The notes under the pieces are model-generated. The model was not told where the DNA came from, did not search any database, and saw only the letters and a program-made list of their open reading frames with translations. From the NCBI GenBank assembly GCA_048013815.1, contig CM106585.1, positions 19,158,001 to 19,222,000 of the forward strand: DNA of 64,000 nt, written 5' to 3'. The stretch comes from Setoptus koraiensis (lineage: Eukaryota; Animalia; Arthropoda). Shown here piece after piece: positions 1-13,600 of the stretch. A program made the translations under genes and the position numbers. The first letter of the stretch is position 1, and each line of letters begins with the position of its first letter.

Positions 1-820
1 CCGGCCAGTGCACTAGCGTCGGGCTCCACACTAAATGATAAAGCACAGGTGTAGACAGGTGCAAATGTGTTGCCCTGGAGCTAATGTTCTCAGCGAACAG
101 CCAATCCGGTTGAATTGTTGTTAAATCCCAAAATTCACATATTCACACACAATAGGCACCAATTGAGGCGGAATTGAGTTGAAATAAGGGGCCCCGAAAT
201 TGGGTGTTTGCCCTATTTGCTCAGCGACGGCACTAACATATCTCTACTACACTGTTTAGGCCGCCTAAACGGGCCCCTCTTTTTGGCCGCTCAACTTCGC
301 GAGTCTGATTTGTAGCCATTGTTGTTTGTTTGAATTTTCGCGCGTGATACATTCGTCGGTATAATATCCGTTTGGCGACTCTCGCCAGGCCATATTTTGC
401 TTGACTCGCCCGAAAACCCGCCAACCAACTGACTATTCCAATGTCGATTATGATGTCAAAATGAACCGCGCTCACAGTTGTCACATCTCACCTTGATTGT
501 TAAATCGATCTACCAAGCCCACTCAGACCTACAGACTATTCCCGAACTCGGCGCAGCCAGCGCCACGGCTGGGCGCCGCTAGTGGCACCGATCGGTGCAG
601 GAAACTAGGCAAAAGTTGACAGAGACTTGTCACCAGTGAATTGTTCATTGCTCTAATCTGTCGCCAACTGGCTCGCCAACTGCGAATGCCAAACTGCGGT
701 GTAGCAAACGCAAGTTGGGCCAATCAACGGTAAAAAATTCGGATATTGCCATTGTTGCTGATGGCCGGCAGCGTGCCGTGCGAGCACCGAAATGTGCCGG
801 CCCAAATTACATCATAGTGC

Positions 821-874
821 TCTGATTGTGCCCTGCAATCTGTCTGATTGTGCCCGGCAATCTGTCTGATTGTG
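821..874. repeat. 22-bp tandem repeat x2.5
   Basis: TCTGATTGTGCCCKGCAATCTG repeated. Confidence 0.85.
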
Positions 875-2614
875 GGGCGCATTTATTTTTGGCTGGCGGC
901 AGAGGGCCAGATCGTATTGCCATCCAACGACAACGGGCCCAACTATAGTTATTGTAAACACACGACTACGCAAACGCGTTTGAGAGGAAGTGAATCGTTG
1001 CGATAGCTCAATATACGAGCGCCCGAAATAAGTAAACTTGAGCAAACAAACATCTGTTTGCATAAGCTATTTTCGGTTGTGAGTTGGATGAGATGCGACA
1101 CCAGAAATTTACTACAATCAATCAATACGACTTATATTGTCTCAGTCACTAGATCGCCGAGCAACGAGGCCGCTTTTTGTTTTGGGAGTTTCACGAAAAA
1201 TAAATAAATAGAAGAAAGAAACGCCTAGCCAAGAGCCGCACTTCTGTCTAGGTAGCGGTTATTAAAATTGTTTGAATGCGACCGTATTACTGCTTGTGGT
1301 CACCTGGCCACTCTATGGTGCATCTGGGGTGCATTTTCAATATAGCTCTCTCATTGCCAAGTGACAGTCGCTGTCAGACAGTGTGTGTGTGTGTGCGTGT
1401 GAGCGAGAACTAAACCGGAAGTTACTTTCGGCAAAACGGTCGTCTGCGCGCCGCGCACCAAAGTTAAAGTCAAAAATTACGGTTGACTGGGGGCGTTCGG
1501 GGACCGAGCTAAAACGATTTTCAGGTTTCTGTTTGAAATTGCCATTGATATACTCGGGTTGATTGAGTGCTCTCAAGATGCCTTTTTCTAGTCACTAGAC
1601 AGTTGGAATTTCTTGTCTTTGGGGAGGGATGCATTTTTTTTTCTTCTCCACGCAACATGATACAATGCGCGCACCTACCATCCGTAACACAACACGTTTT
1701 TCAGACGTTTTTTCGGCTCGTAAATTTGGCTGAACGGCTCTAAGTATTTTCCTGTGAAAAGCATGAAATTGTTGCGATTTCGAGAAAAAAAAAGACTTTG
1801 TTACAAAGTTAAAACGTTGCAACGTTTTTCTAGCTATTACTACTCTAGCAGCGGTGAGATATTCGCTCAGCTGGCGGATTTTTTCAGTTCGAACAAACTG
1901 AGACGGAGGAAAAATTGTTTCAAAAGGATTTCGTGGTCCCTGATGATGCGAATGGGGCCCCCAGAGCGAGGCAATGGATGACACAACAATTGACCGAACA
2001 ATGCCGCTCATATTTGCCGCTAACAGCCGCAAAGCGTGTGCATTGTTTGCGGTGAGAGTCAGCTAATAATGCCATTGATTGTTTGTTTTTCAACACACAA
2101 AAAAGGCGCAGAGAGACAGTGTTGCGTCTAATTCAATTTAAAATGACTCGTATCAAATATATCCGTGGGGTGCATGGTGGGTACATTTCGAACTAATGAG
2201 ATAGTCGGATCGTTTGTTGACATCCGATGATAACAATAATAGTATTATATTCTGTCTGATATTAATTAGCAGACGAAAGCGCGCCCGAACTGTGTGCATT
2301 CCTTCGTGTATCGTGTATATGGGGTCTGCGGTGTGTCGTTGTGGGCGCCGTTGTTGTGGACTTCGCTGTTGTCGAAATACAAAAGATGGTGTGCGTTTCG
2401 ATTGTTTGTTGTTCTATTGGCGTGCTCGCCGTCAACAATTAGCAACTCGAGCCGTCGAAAAAATTTGCATGCGTTTGCATGGGCTGGCGGCTAACGTGCC
2501 TAGTTATTGTTTGAAACTAATGATCACTTTCACGGCAATCATCGCTGCATACGGGCGATGCCTCCCCTGATACGAATCTCTCCGATATGCTGCAAATTAG
2601 AGATTGGCTCGCAC

Positions 2615-2710
2615 TGAAAATAACGTTGAAAATAACGTTGAAAATAACGTTGAAAATAACGCCGAAAACGACGCTGAAAATAACACTGAAAACACCATTG
2701 AAAGTAACAC
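2615..2710. repeat. 12-bp minisatellite (TGAAAATAACGT)n, about 8 degenerate copies
   Basis: Direct reading; produces the spurious RYFQ/VIFN repeat ORFs. Confidence 0.9.
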
Positions 2711-3092
2711 AAACAACGACGACAGAGGGCAGAGCCACAAAACACAAAGTAGAGCACAATTAGCGCATCATTAGATGTGTCCCGTGTCGTATCTGCTGCG
2801 CAAATCTGTGCTGCGAATATGAGTACAGACACCATACTTGTACTCGACATGATTTAACCATTTATGACGACGACGACGACCATGTTATGCGGCCTTACGT
2901 AAGCCCGCGTAAGTCTCGCCAATTCAAGCCTCCAGCCGGCTGATCCAAGCGCATTCAGCCAGCTACAGATGATACATAGAGCCGCTGCAAACGGGCACAT
3001 GTCACTACTCATACAGCTACTTGTGATGTTTTGTTTCACACCAATGGCAAGCTAGCTTGCCATTGTGAGCGCCGTTTGTTATTGTACAGCCA

Positions 3093-3177
3093 ACTGGCTT
3101 TTCGACTGGCTTTTCGACTGGCTTTTCGACTGGCTTTTCGACTGGCTTGCTGACTGGCTTTTCAGCTGGCTTGCCGA
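3093..3177. repeat. 12-bp minisatellite (ACTGGCTTTTCG)n, about 7 copies
   Basis: Direct reading; gives KPVE/WLFD repeat ORFs. Confidence 0.9.
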
Positions 3178-5499
3178 CGCACACGACGAATGTTTGATAA
3201 TTAACAGCCGTGTCTTGGCGCCATTGTTGCGTGCACTGCACTATTGAGCACCCTTTCAAGAGACAATTCAGTGTGTGTGTGGGCGGTTGTTGCGTAACAT
3301 CTTGCTGCGCTTGTTTGCGACGCATCGATTGTGGAGCCGCTGTGATTTTATCCCTCGCTCTTTTTCTGTTCACATTTGACACACACACTAACTGCTAGCC
3401 AACAAACACACTGTATCAATTGTGTGCCATTCAATTTACTGGCCCCTCCGTTGCTTGTGTTGTTTTTGCCTTGCCGCAGCAACAACATATGGCCGGTGGT
3501 TCATGCATATGACACGCTTGTGAGAATGCGATGCTAATGACGCTGACAACAACGCCAAACTAACCAATTTTGCGCAATTCTGATTTTGATACGCTTTGTT
3601 TAATACGGTTTGTTAGCGCTGCTTCAACAGCGCGTTAGTCTGTTGTGTTAGTTAGTTTTTCGTGACTACTTACTTGTTAGTAATACTCACTGGCCGACAA
3701 AGGCGAGCATAATTTAAATAAGTTGAAAATTGCGCCACGATTACCATAATGAGCCAGCAGCTACCATGTATAATCATAATTATAATATATCGCCGCCGCC
3801 GAGCTCGCTATCAACAACCAGCCACTTCACGCCAACAGCAGTGGACGCAAACCGGAAGTGGCTGCGCAACGAGCGCAGGAAGTGGCGCAATTAATGCGCA
3901 AGATTTGCGCAATTCGTGGCAATTTAATTGACTGTTGACGCGTCAACAGTTGTGCGCTAAATCTCGAACAAAGAGGCTCTGTGCACGAGCGCAGTGTGTC
4001 GCGACCATCGCTACTAGCGACGATCGCTAGGTACCTTTGGCGCGCGACTCGTCGCCGCGTCGCGCGTTCTCTCACAATGTGATTTAATTTTGAGAGAGAG
4101 AGAGAGAGTCATTGTCACATTGTCACACTGACAATGACTGCGATTATTGTCGCGCAAAGGTCTCGGCAAGGACACAACAACTACCGTTGTTGTGTGACTC
4201 GCGTGGCCAACAATAGCGCAAGGACACCGCAAACAAACAACTCGAGAGAGATGCTTGCAACAAACAAGTTTGCACACGACGCCAAGTGTAGCAAGACGGG
4301 CCTGATTGACATGCACTTGTCGTTGTGGCAATTTGCGGTGCTCGCTGCAAGCTCGTAAGCGTGCCTAACCCTCGACCGTCGAGGCTCGACGACAACTGGC
4401 GAATCACGTTGAAAAGAATGGGATAATAGCGACCATATTATGCGCGAATTATCAACCATGAGAATTGCAAATATAATGCAATAATCGTCAGACAATGATA
4501 ACAATTTATATTAGAATATGTGCGAGATATTGAACAGAGATTAGCGCCGTAAATTTCGTAAGCCGGGCGCCGGCATATCGCACAACACTGTGCACTGCAC
4601 ACTGTACGTGTGCGTCGCGTAACAGCCTGTTCGCGCGCAACACGCATCTGCATATAGAGCGTGTGCAGTCGCGAACGCACCTAGGCTCTGTGCGCGCGAG
4701 CAACTGTGTGCCTAGGGCGCCGACTCGCGCGCAACTCCACACCGTGCATATCGTCGCGTGGTGATATGGATATTATTATATAAATATATATATATATATA
4801 TATAAATAAATATATATTGGGATATATGTACATGTATATGTTAGAGGGCGCCACTTGGCCGGCTCGGCGCCCGCTGTTTCTGTGGGCACGCATCGAGCCG
4901 TATATCGGTGTGTGTTGCGCAACTGTAAATATATGAATAGACAAAGATTCACATTCAACTTGTTGTTGCTGTCCCGTTATTTCGCCCGTTCTGTGCCAGT
5001 ATTCACACTACGGCGACAACAGTGAGTTCAGTTATATTCACGATATAAATAAGAAAAAGAACATGTTCATCGTGAGCGTCATAATAGGCGTCACGGGCGT
5101 CATCAGCGTCATTGGTGTCGTCGGCAGCGTCGTTGCCGTCGAAACTATTCATTAGACAAAATAATGATGGACACACTTCGCCTAGCGACAAGACGGTGAA
5201 ACACACAAAAAAGACACACGCCACACACAATTCCACAGCTCTAGCTACAAGCTACACACTCACAATTACATTGCACCCGAGGCCAGTCCGCCTGGCGGTG
5301 GTTGCGAGCATTACTACAGCCAATACAGCGTATTGCGCAATTTGAATTGATACATTTGTATATAAATATATAGCAAAAATAGTAATTGTTTTTGTGTGTA
5401 TCTAACACCAGCAGTAGCAGCGGCAGCAACACGAAATCGAGTCGTTTGAGGGGCCGGTTGGGTGGTGCGTCAGTGAAATGGTGAAAAATTATAGTCAAG

Positions 5500-7617
5500 T
5501 TGTCTGTACCACAGAGGGCGCCGCTAACCAACATCGTCAGTAAGCAAGTGTTGTCATCTTGTTGTGCAAACAACAATGACAGCAACAAATTACAGTTAGT
5601 GTCGGCCAACAATCGCCAGTCACAATTTGATAGCGCAACATCACCACTTTCACCAGTAAAACCACTTCCGTCCAGTGATGCAACGAGGTGCTGCGAGTCG
5701 TTATTATCGTCGGTGGATGTAGCAGCAGCAGCACGTAGCAGTTTGTCCATAAAGCGTGAGCCAGCAACAACATCATCGACAGTGTGCCGAGATAAACAAT
5801 CACAAAAATGTTCAATTGGATCGGTGCCAGCACAACAAATCGGTGCCAAGTATCAATTGTCGGCGCAGCAACGGACCACTTCCGGCAGCACAAACAGCGA
5901 CAATGAACAACAACAACAACAACAATCACTGCTGTTGGTCAGTGGCGCCGAAAATGGCGCAGTCAGTCATAATTGTCACAATTTGTTCGATGGGCCCGAT
6001 TTGGCGAGCGCCAAATCGCCAGCTCAACCCGGCGCAACCCGACTGACCGTCGACGAGAACAACAACCACACAAACGAACAACAATCGCAACAACAGCAAC
6101 AACAGCGGCAACAACAGCAACAACAGCAACAGCGGCAACAACAGCGGCAACCGCAACAACATTGCGCAACACTTGTCGCGCCAGCAAACAGTGACAACAC
6201 ACAGCGACACCAACAACAAATTAGATCGTCGCTAATTAGCGGTGGCTCTAAGCAGCAGCAGGTGACCGCAGCGGCCAAAAAGAAGATCACCTTCGCGTAT
6301 CAGCCCGTCAACTACCAGCAGCGACTGAACCAGCAATTGCGCCGGCAGCAAACGTTCTCGGCAACGTCGTCGCTGTCGGTCGCCGGCGCCGGCCACCATT
6401 TGTCGCCGCCGAGAATTTTGCGCCAGAGCAGCAGCGTCACACTGAGCAAAGCGACCAAGAAAGCGGGCCGCACTCTCATGGCAACAGTGGGCCCCAAATC
6501 CGTGGGCCCATCACAAAACCGCGAGCCGTGCCTATTGTTGGCCGCACAGCAATTGCCCGGCTGCCCGACTTCCGGCCGGGCGCCGGCTCCAAACAGCGCC
6601 GGTCAGTCGGGTGCCGGTGCGACGACTGGCGGCCCGACGCGCAACGAGCCGCCCCAGCAGCAGCGGACAATTGTCGCGGATCCGACGCCGGCCAATAGTT
6701 TGTCGTCGCCGGCCAATAGTTTTTCGGCGGCCGCCTGCTGCAACAATGGTGTGTCGTGCTGCAATAGTTTGCCGGCCCGCCGCCAAGAGGCCGGCGGCCG
6801 AGCTTGCTGTTCGTCGTGCTCGTCGCCCCCGTTCACACACAATACTAATAATAATAGCAGCAATAATAACAGCAATAATGACAACGGTGACAGTGTTGGC
6901 CCCGGCGCGCCGTTGTTGTCGCCGTCATCGTTGTGTAAAACTAATATAATTGCCGACAGATTACTCGCAGCGGCAAACAGTGGCGCGGGTGCCGTCAAGC
7001 AGCGGGGCCGTATTAGCAGGGAGCCGTCGTGCTGTCGGAGCAGCCGGAGTAGAAGCAGCAGCAGCAACAACAGCCGCGCCGCCGGTTACATAAGCAGCGG
7101 CGGCTCGAGCTCGAGCGACGACCAAGAGGACCAAGAAAACACTTTTTCCATCAATCCGCCGGCCAGTGCCGGCGCAAGTCCGACGTCGTTGTTGCGCGCC
7201 ACACCGGCCAGCGAGCCTCACCGAGAAGCAGCAGTGAAGCAACAACAACAGCAACAACAACAGCAACAAAATAAACAGCAACAACAACTGCCCAATTGCA
7301 AACTGTTGTCAATTAATTATAATAGTAGCAGCGGTAACAATTGTGATAATGACCATTGCACAGCCAGCGGTTGGTCGCCTTCGGCCGCCGACAGCAGCGG
7401 CGGCAACAACGACAACAACAACGGCAACAGCGGCAACAACAACGGCAACAGCGGCAACAACAACAGCACCGCAATCGTTAGAAGCAGACTGGCAGCAAGA
7501 AACAGAAACAGCAAGACTGCTGGCGGCTCACCTGTGCGGCCGCCTGGCTCGCCGACAGCAATTTGCGGCAGCTACAGAAGAAGTGCCCACGACGACGACG
7601 ACAACACCAACAACACC

Positions 7618-7666
<49 letters not shown>

Positions 7667-10600
7667 GCAACAACAACAACAGCGCCAGCGGAGGCCAAAA
7701 AGCCCCGGGCAACACGCGCCAGAGCAGCTACCAAAATCAATTAGGTAGCTATTGTGCAAATAGTGATCGCTTTCGCGGGCCCAGAATGAGCCTATTAGGG
7801 AGGCCATTGAATTTAGCTCAGCATAAATCTTACAGAAATAGCCGTTACACGCGCTGGCAAATGAGAATGCGCACCTTTTTAGAGCAACCGCGCGGCTTCG
7901 GGCCCTGGCTCTACCACTTGTCTTTGTAAGTTGTCCCATCGTCTCAGGGCTCTCGTTCGGGCCGGCCGGCCGGCCGCTTCGGCCCCCTCGGCCACCGGTT
8001 GACGGCCGGCCGCCAGTTTCAGTGCGCCCCCCGCCCCCCTCGGCCCGAATGGCCCAGCCCTCCAAAATCCAAGCGGGCATTATGTGCTAACAAGCCATTT
8101 AATGGGGCGCCGCGACGCGCAGTAATTAACAGTTGTCTTGCGAATTAACAAGCCTCCACCTGACTCGCCGCGAGCGTTGTGACAGCGAGTGTTGTGATTG
8201 CCCGAATAGTGACGAAATGTTAGTTACGTAACGAATAGTGACGAAACGTTAGTTACGTAACAAGTAGTGACCAAATGCTAGTTACGCAACGTACGGTGAC
8301 ACGGGTCGTTATGTAATGTTGCGCCAGTGAGCGTGTGGCGTGTTGTGAGGTGACAGGTGCATGTGGCCGGATCAGATTTGCGCCCCGTCCGGTGCAACGG
8401 TCAGCGGCAGCCGCTGGCACGGGCCCCTGGGCATGCCAATTAATTAATGGCCAACAATCGCAGGCGGTGAGTGGCGCATGTAATTAGTTGGTTGTTTTGT
8501 CGTTACACCGGACAGCGCTAATTAATTTTGTCAATTAATAATATGCTCTCTCTCTCTCTCTCTCACTTTCTCGGAACGAGCGCATTGGCCGGAATATTTT
8601 AAATTGATTTCAATTGGCCCCGTTATGGGGGCCACGGCGAGGCACGCGCTGCCAAATGCATCCTCTGTTTGCCTGATTCACCCAGTCGATAAAAACGGGT
8701 GCCACGGTTTGTAACAAACTTTGTATACAAACTTTGTATCAGCGTTGTATTAAAAAAAGTCGAGCGGCCACTCGGCCAGTTGTCGGTCAATTGGCGCGCC
8801 AGCCGAGTGCCAAATTTATGCCTGTTTCGCGCAGATAATTTTGCGCAAAACGAGCCTCGTTGGTCAATTGTGGCCAGCCGGCCAGACAGAAAGGGGGAGC
8901 GTTTTCACTCGGCTGGAATATTCACTTTCGCCTGGACCTGGCTCGCCAATTTTGTACGCTTCTCGTTGGCATTTACATTTGCTTTCGCCGCAGCTCACCT
9001 GTGTACCGGTGTAAAAAGTGAAAGGATCAGCGAGCGAGCGATAAGTCCGTTTTGAAAAGGGCGATCCGCGTCGCGGTGTCACCTTGAGTCGCGCTAGCAC
9101 TGGCGAGCCAAGCGGCTCAGAAAAGCTGCCGCGAGACACATTCTTTTGCGCATCGGCATTCGGCCAGCGATGAGGCGGCCAGTCAATAGGGCGCCCGTCT
9201 GACATTATCTGTTCTTTTTTGCTCTTGGCGCGAGTTATTTTATCGGACCGCTAGCGCTATTTTTAATATGGTTGCGCCCGCACGCGCAAGCACGCGCTCA
9301 TCACTCCGGCGGGCGCTGTGCCAAGATCGCTTGTCGGCGCCATTTTCCGGCACACGAGCAACGCTTGCGACGACTAACTGTTGTTGGCGCTGTCAGCCGG
9401 CATTCGGGCATTTGGGCTCGGGGCCACCTTGTTAGGCCGCCTCCATTATCATTTTGGGCAGGGAGGGGGGGTCCGCTCGCGATGATGGCGGCCAGCTTAA
9501 CATGAAATTGGTGGCGCCCATCATTGCCATCATTGCCGCTGACACGTTAGGTGCAGTGACAGCTCACAAGTCGCCCTGGCCGCTATCTTGTATTTTGTGT
9601 TCGTCAGCGAGCTAGTTTTTGTTGTCCGACAGCGACACCGTTCGGCCCAGTCTAGTTAGCCAGTAAACAACAAGCTCGCCCACTGGTGACATTGCTGGCG
9701 CCCCGATGATGATGAAGTAGATGAATTCTAAGTGTGTATGAGTGCATGAGCCGTTGTCTGCTCGTGACAGAAAGTTGATCGACTAGCGGCAAAACCCGAC
9801 TCGACTCAACTAAACTCGGCCCCTCGGCCCCAGCCCAAGCGTTCGCCGGCCCCACGAACATGCCCCAATTTGGCAATTTGGCTAGTCGAGTCGGGGTCTC
9901 GCGGGGTCCGCGCAAATTCGGGGAACCCGACGCTTCGACTAGCCGCTAACAAACGCACACTAACAAGCCACCGCTACAAATGAACGAATGAATGTTGAGC
10001 CACTCGCAAGTGGCTCGCCGAATGGGGCACGTTGAGGCCCGGCTGCTCACTGCACACTGCAACAACATCGCCGGCAAGCGTGCAACTCCTCGGGGGGACA
10101 AAAGAAAATCAAGCCCCGGTTTGGCTAGTTGACTTTGTAACTCCGTCGAATGCGTGAGCGCGCGCCGGCCAACGGTTAACATTTAACTCGCCGCCGCTCG
10201 CCGTTGGGTATCAAGTTTATTTGTTGTCGTAATTGCCACTCATCTCTCTCTCTCTCGCTCTCGTGTCCGCTGTTCCGTCGTGTGTCAGCTGGCACAGTTG
10301 AACAGGGCCCGGACCCGAACAAAAAATTCAGCACAATTCGGGCCAATTGCTCGCCGGCCTCGCGGCACATGGGGCCCGAAATCCGAGCCCCTGTTCGAGC
10401 CGGTGCAAAGTGCCGGCAACTGTGCGCTTAATTTTGCGCTGAACACGCTCTTTGGTCTGCGCGAACAGGCAAAAAACAACAAATTTCAATAACAGGCTCG
10501 CCGTGTCCAGCCAGCCAGACGCGTGCTGGCCCCCTTTTTCTGCCGCCCACTCAACTTACAACTTTTATCTCTCTCCCTCTCTTATTAAATGAATATTTAT

Positions 10601-13600
10601 CATCGTCTGGTACGAACGGCGAACCCTCGTCGACGCCGCCACTCAACCCGAAATGCATCGCCGACACTGACTATGTGCCCGGCGAAATGAAACTGCCAAC
10701 CGGAAATACTTTTTATTCAACCGGAAATACTTTTTATTCAACCGGAAATCGCCGCGAAATATCGCGCCAAAACAATTGGTCAACAACAATAACTGCCTCG
10801 CGTATAAATAAATGGATACTATGTGCCATTGATCGCGCTCAACAACGCAACGCTTGCACCTGATACGATGATCTCATGCGATACGGCGGCACAACAACGA
10901 CGAAAACTCGCCCCAATTTCGAAAACAATTGAACCGACTCGATTTAATTTGAATGTCGCCCGCTGGCATCGCCATAGGTTTGTTATGGTTTTCGCTTGTT
11001 TAATTTTAAGCGTGTTCTCCACGATAGAGGAATACGAAGCTTTTGCATCAATTATATTATTTTACATGGTGAGTATGTTGCGTAAGAATATGCAAATTAG
11101 TTTGCTGTTTCATAGCTCGCTGCTGGCGCACGGGAGCCACTCATAAGCAGGCTCATGTGGCGCATGCAAGCAACCCCGAGAGGGGCCCGTCTCTGGTGGC
11201 GGCGATCGCTTTTTTGCTGAGCTCATTGGCCAGGCAGGATAGGCCCATTTGGCCGCCAATAAAAAAATCCATTATTCAACTCGCCCTTATGCAGCGAATC
11301 GATTTACGCCGCCGGTGCCCGCTGGTATCGTCACTAAAGCTAAAAGCTAAAACTCACTTTTGAAAGTGAGACCAAACTAAACAACTTTTTTCGTTCTCTC
11401 GAAATATCTCGCCTTCTCACGTAACGCACCGAAAATATTGTACTGTCGCAACTGTGTGCAACTCATGACACGAATTTGGCTGTGATACGGACGCGGTTCA
11501 TTAGGAAATTATCATGGTCACCTGGTTCACGCTGGAGTTTTTCGTCAGGACCTGGTCGGCCGGTTGCAGGTCGCGCTACCAGGGATTGGTGGGCCGGTTG
11601 CGTTTTATTCGCAGTCCATTCTGTTTGATAGGTAGGCAACGCTTGGGGCGACATTACGAGAGCGGCTAATTATGGGTGGCCGCTGTCGCCCATAAATACT
11701 GCATATTCATAATAGTTATTCATAGCAACAATCGATCATTAATATCGCCTATTTCGATCATCGCAATCCAACAGACATCGTGGTGATTTTTGCCTCGGCA
11801 GTTGTGCTGCTGTTGGGCAGCTCGGATCAAGTGTTTGCCGCATCAGCATTGAGAATATTGCGCTTCTTTCAGATATTGCGAATGGTTCGAATGGACAGAC
11901 GAGGCGGCACTTGGAAATTGTTGGGCTCGGTGGTGTGCGCCCATCGACAGGTGAGTGACAGTTTCGGTTTATATTTGCAAATCATTTATGCTCATCCGTA
12001 CAATTGCGACAATTGCGACAATTGAGACACACACAAACGGCGCGATAATCGCCCCCTGGGGAGAGACATGCCAATGTTGCCGAGCTAGTGTCAGCGAGCT
12101 CGATTGGGGCGCTCAATTTGCGGCTCGCAACTCAATTTCGTTTGACAGTCAGCGATCGCCATGCTACGCTGACTGTCAAACGGAAACGAATCGAACGTTT
12201 ATAAACCGTATATAAATATTCAAATATATGTATTATTCAATGAGCGTGTCGTGGCGTCGCTTGGCGCCAATTATGGTTTTTGTTGACGAGAAACCAAACA
12301 GTGTCAACACAGTGGGCCCCGCGTTTTCGGTGCCAATTGGGGAAATGGCAATTGGAGAATCCTTAGACGTGAATCAACAACTAAATACGAGTTCGGTTGA
12401 ACTGCACAATGGCGATTTTGTCAGTGAAGCCTCACACGCACACCGATGAGGCGCGATGAGGCGCACTTCCGGTCAAAAGGCATCACGCTCTCGCGGGCGG
12501 CATCTGTCGCGCCTGGCGAGGCGTGTGTTCGAGCGGGCTGACAGTGAAAAGGTTTCTCGTCAACAGGGACCGGTGAGGAGAATGGGTGCGCGACAATATT
12601 GGCAACATAAGTGCACTCCAGCGCGCTGTTTGTTTGCGCTGACGAACACATTCATGAAGGGCCCCACAATCATCGTTTTGAGGGCGTAAAAAATATCATT
12701 TGACGACATTTTTGATTGTCAACAACAGCAACAACAACACTTGTATGGCACCTCCAATTGGCCCACCGGGGATGATCGGCTGATCGATGCCGATTGCCCG
12801 ATCACCGGTCGGGCCGGCCGCGGTCGGTTGCGGGCGCGGCCCGAACTGGGATAGAAAAAAAAAGCTCGCGTTTGATTGGCATGCAAGTGTCTCACTGAGT
12901 CTATCTGTTTATTTTGTCCCCTTATCCGCTGTCATGATCGCGTCGCACCGACAACAATCGCATATCGCGCCCCACAGGAATTGATCACAACAGTTTATAT
13001 TGGTTTCTTGGGCCTCATATTTTCCTCGTTCGCGGTTTATCTCGCCGAGAAGGACGTCAACGAAAAGTACAAAAATTTTGCCGATGCCCTCTGGTGGGGA
13101 GTGGTAAGTATGCGCGCGCTGCTGCTGTCAGCCAGCGCCATCGCCATATCACCAATGATATAAATGGATATTCATCATCGCACGGTCTGGCTAGGCACCA
13201 GCTATAATATCCAGCAATAATAATACCCGATCCGTTCCGTTCCGTTTAACTCATCGCTCAATACCGCAGATAACCTTGTGCACTGTCGGCTACGGCGACA
13301 CCGTGCCCATCACGTGGATTGGCAAAATAATAGCCTCTTGCTGTGCCCTTTTGGGTATCTCCTTTTTTGCCCTGCCCGCGGTAAGTTGCCGGCACACACC
13401 GGACGGCACTATTACGTAACTTTGTTTGCCTCAAGCCGCACATATCCGCCGCTGGCGCCGCCGCACAACGTGACCGATATTGACGCAATCGGCCAAGTTA
13501 GTCAGTCGGAAGTTGCTGTGAGCCCCGTAATGAGGTTTACCTTGTCAGTCTGTCTAATTACTAACTAATTCCCACTGTAATCGCTCGTGTGTGTGTATTT

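Noticed and set aside
233-2032. ORFs 233..484, 812..1063 and 1595..2032 on the minus strand
   Set aside because: No recognisable motif or convincing phase-linked splice sites; could be part of an off-window gene but unsupported.
5241-8080. Numerous minus-strand and alternate-frame ORFs (poly-L, poly-V, poly-C, poly-T)
   Set aside because: Shadows of the CAA/CAG/AAC repeats in KCNQ exon 1; no domain content.
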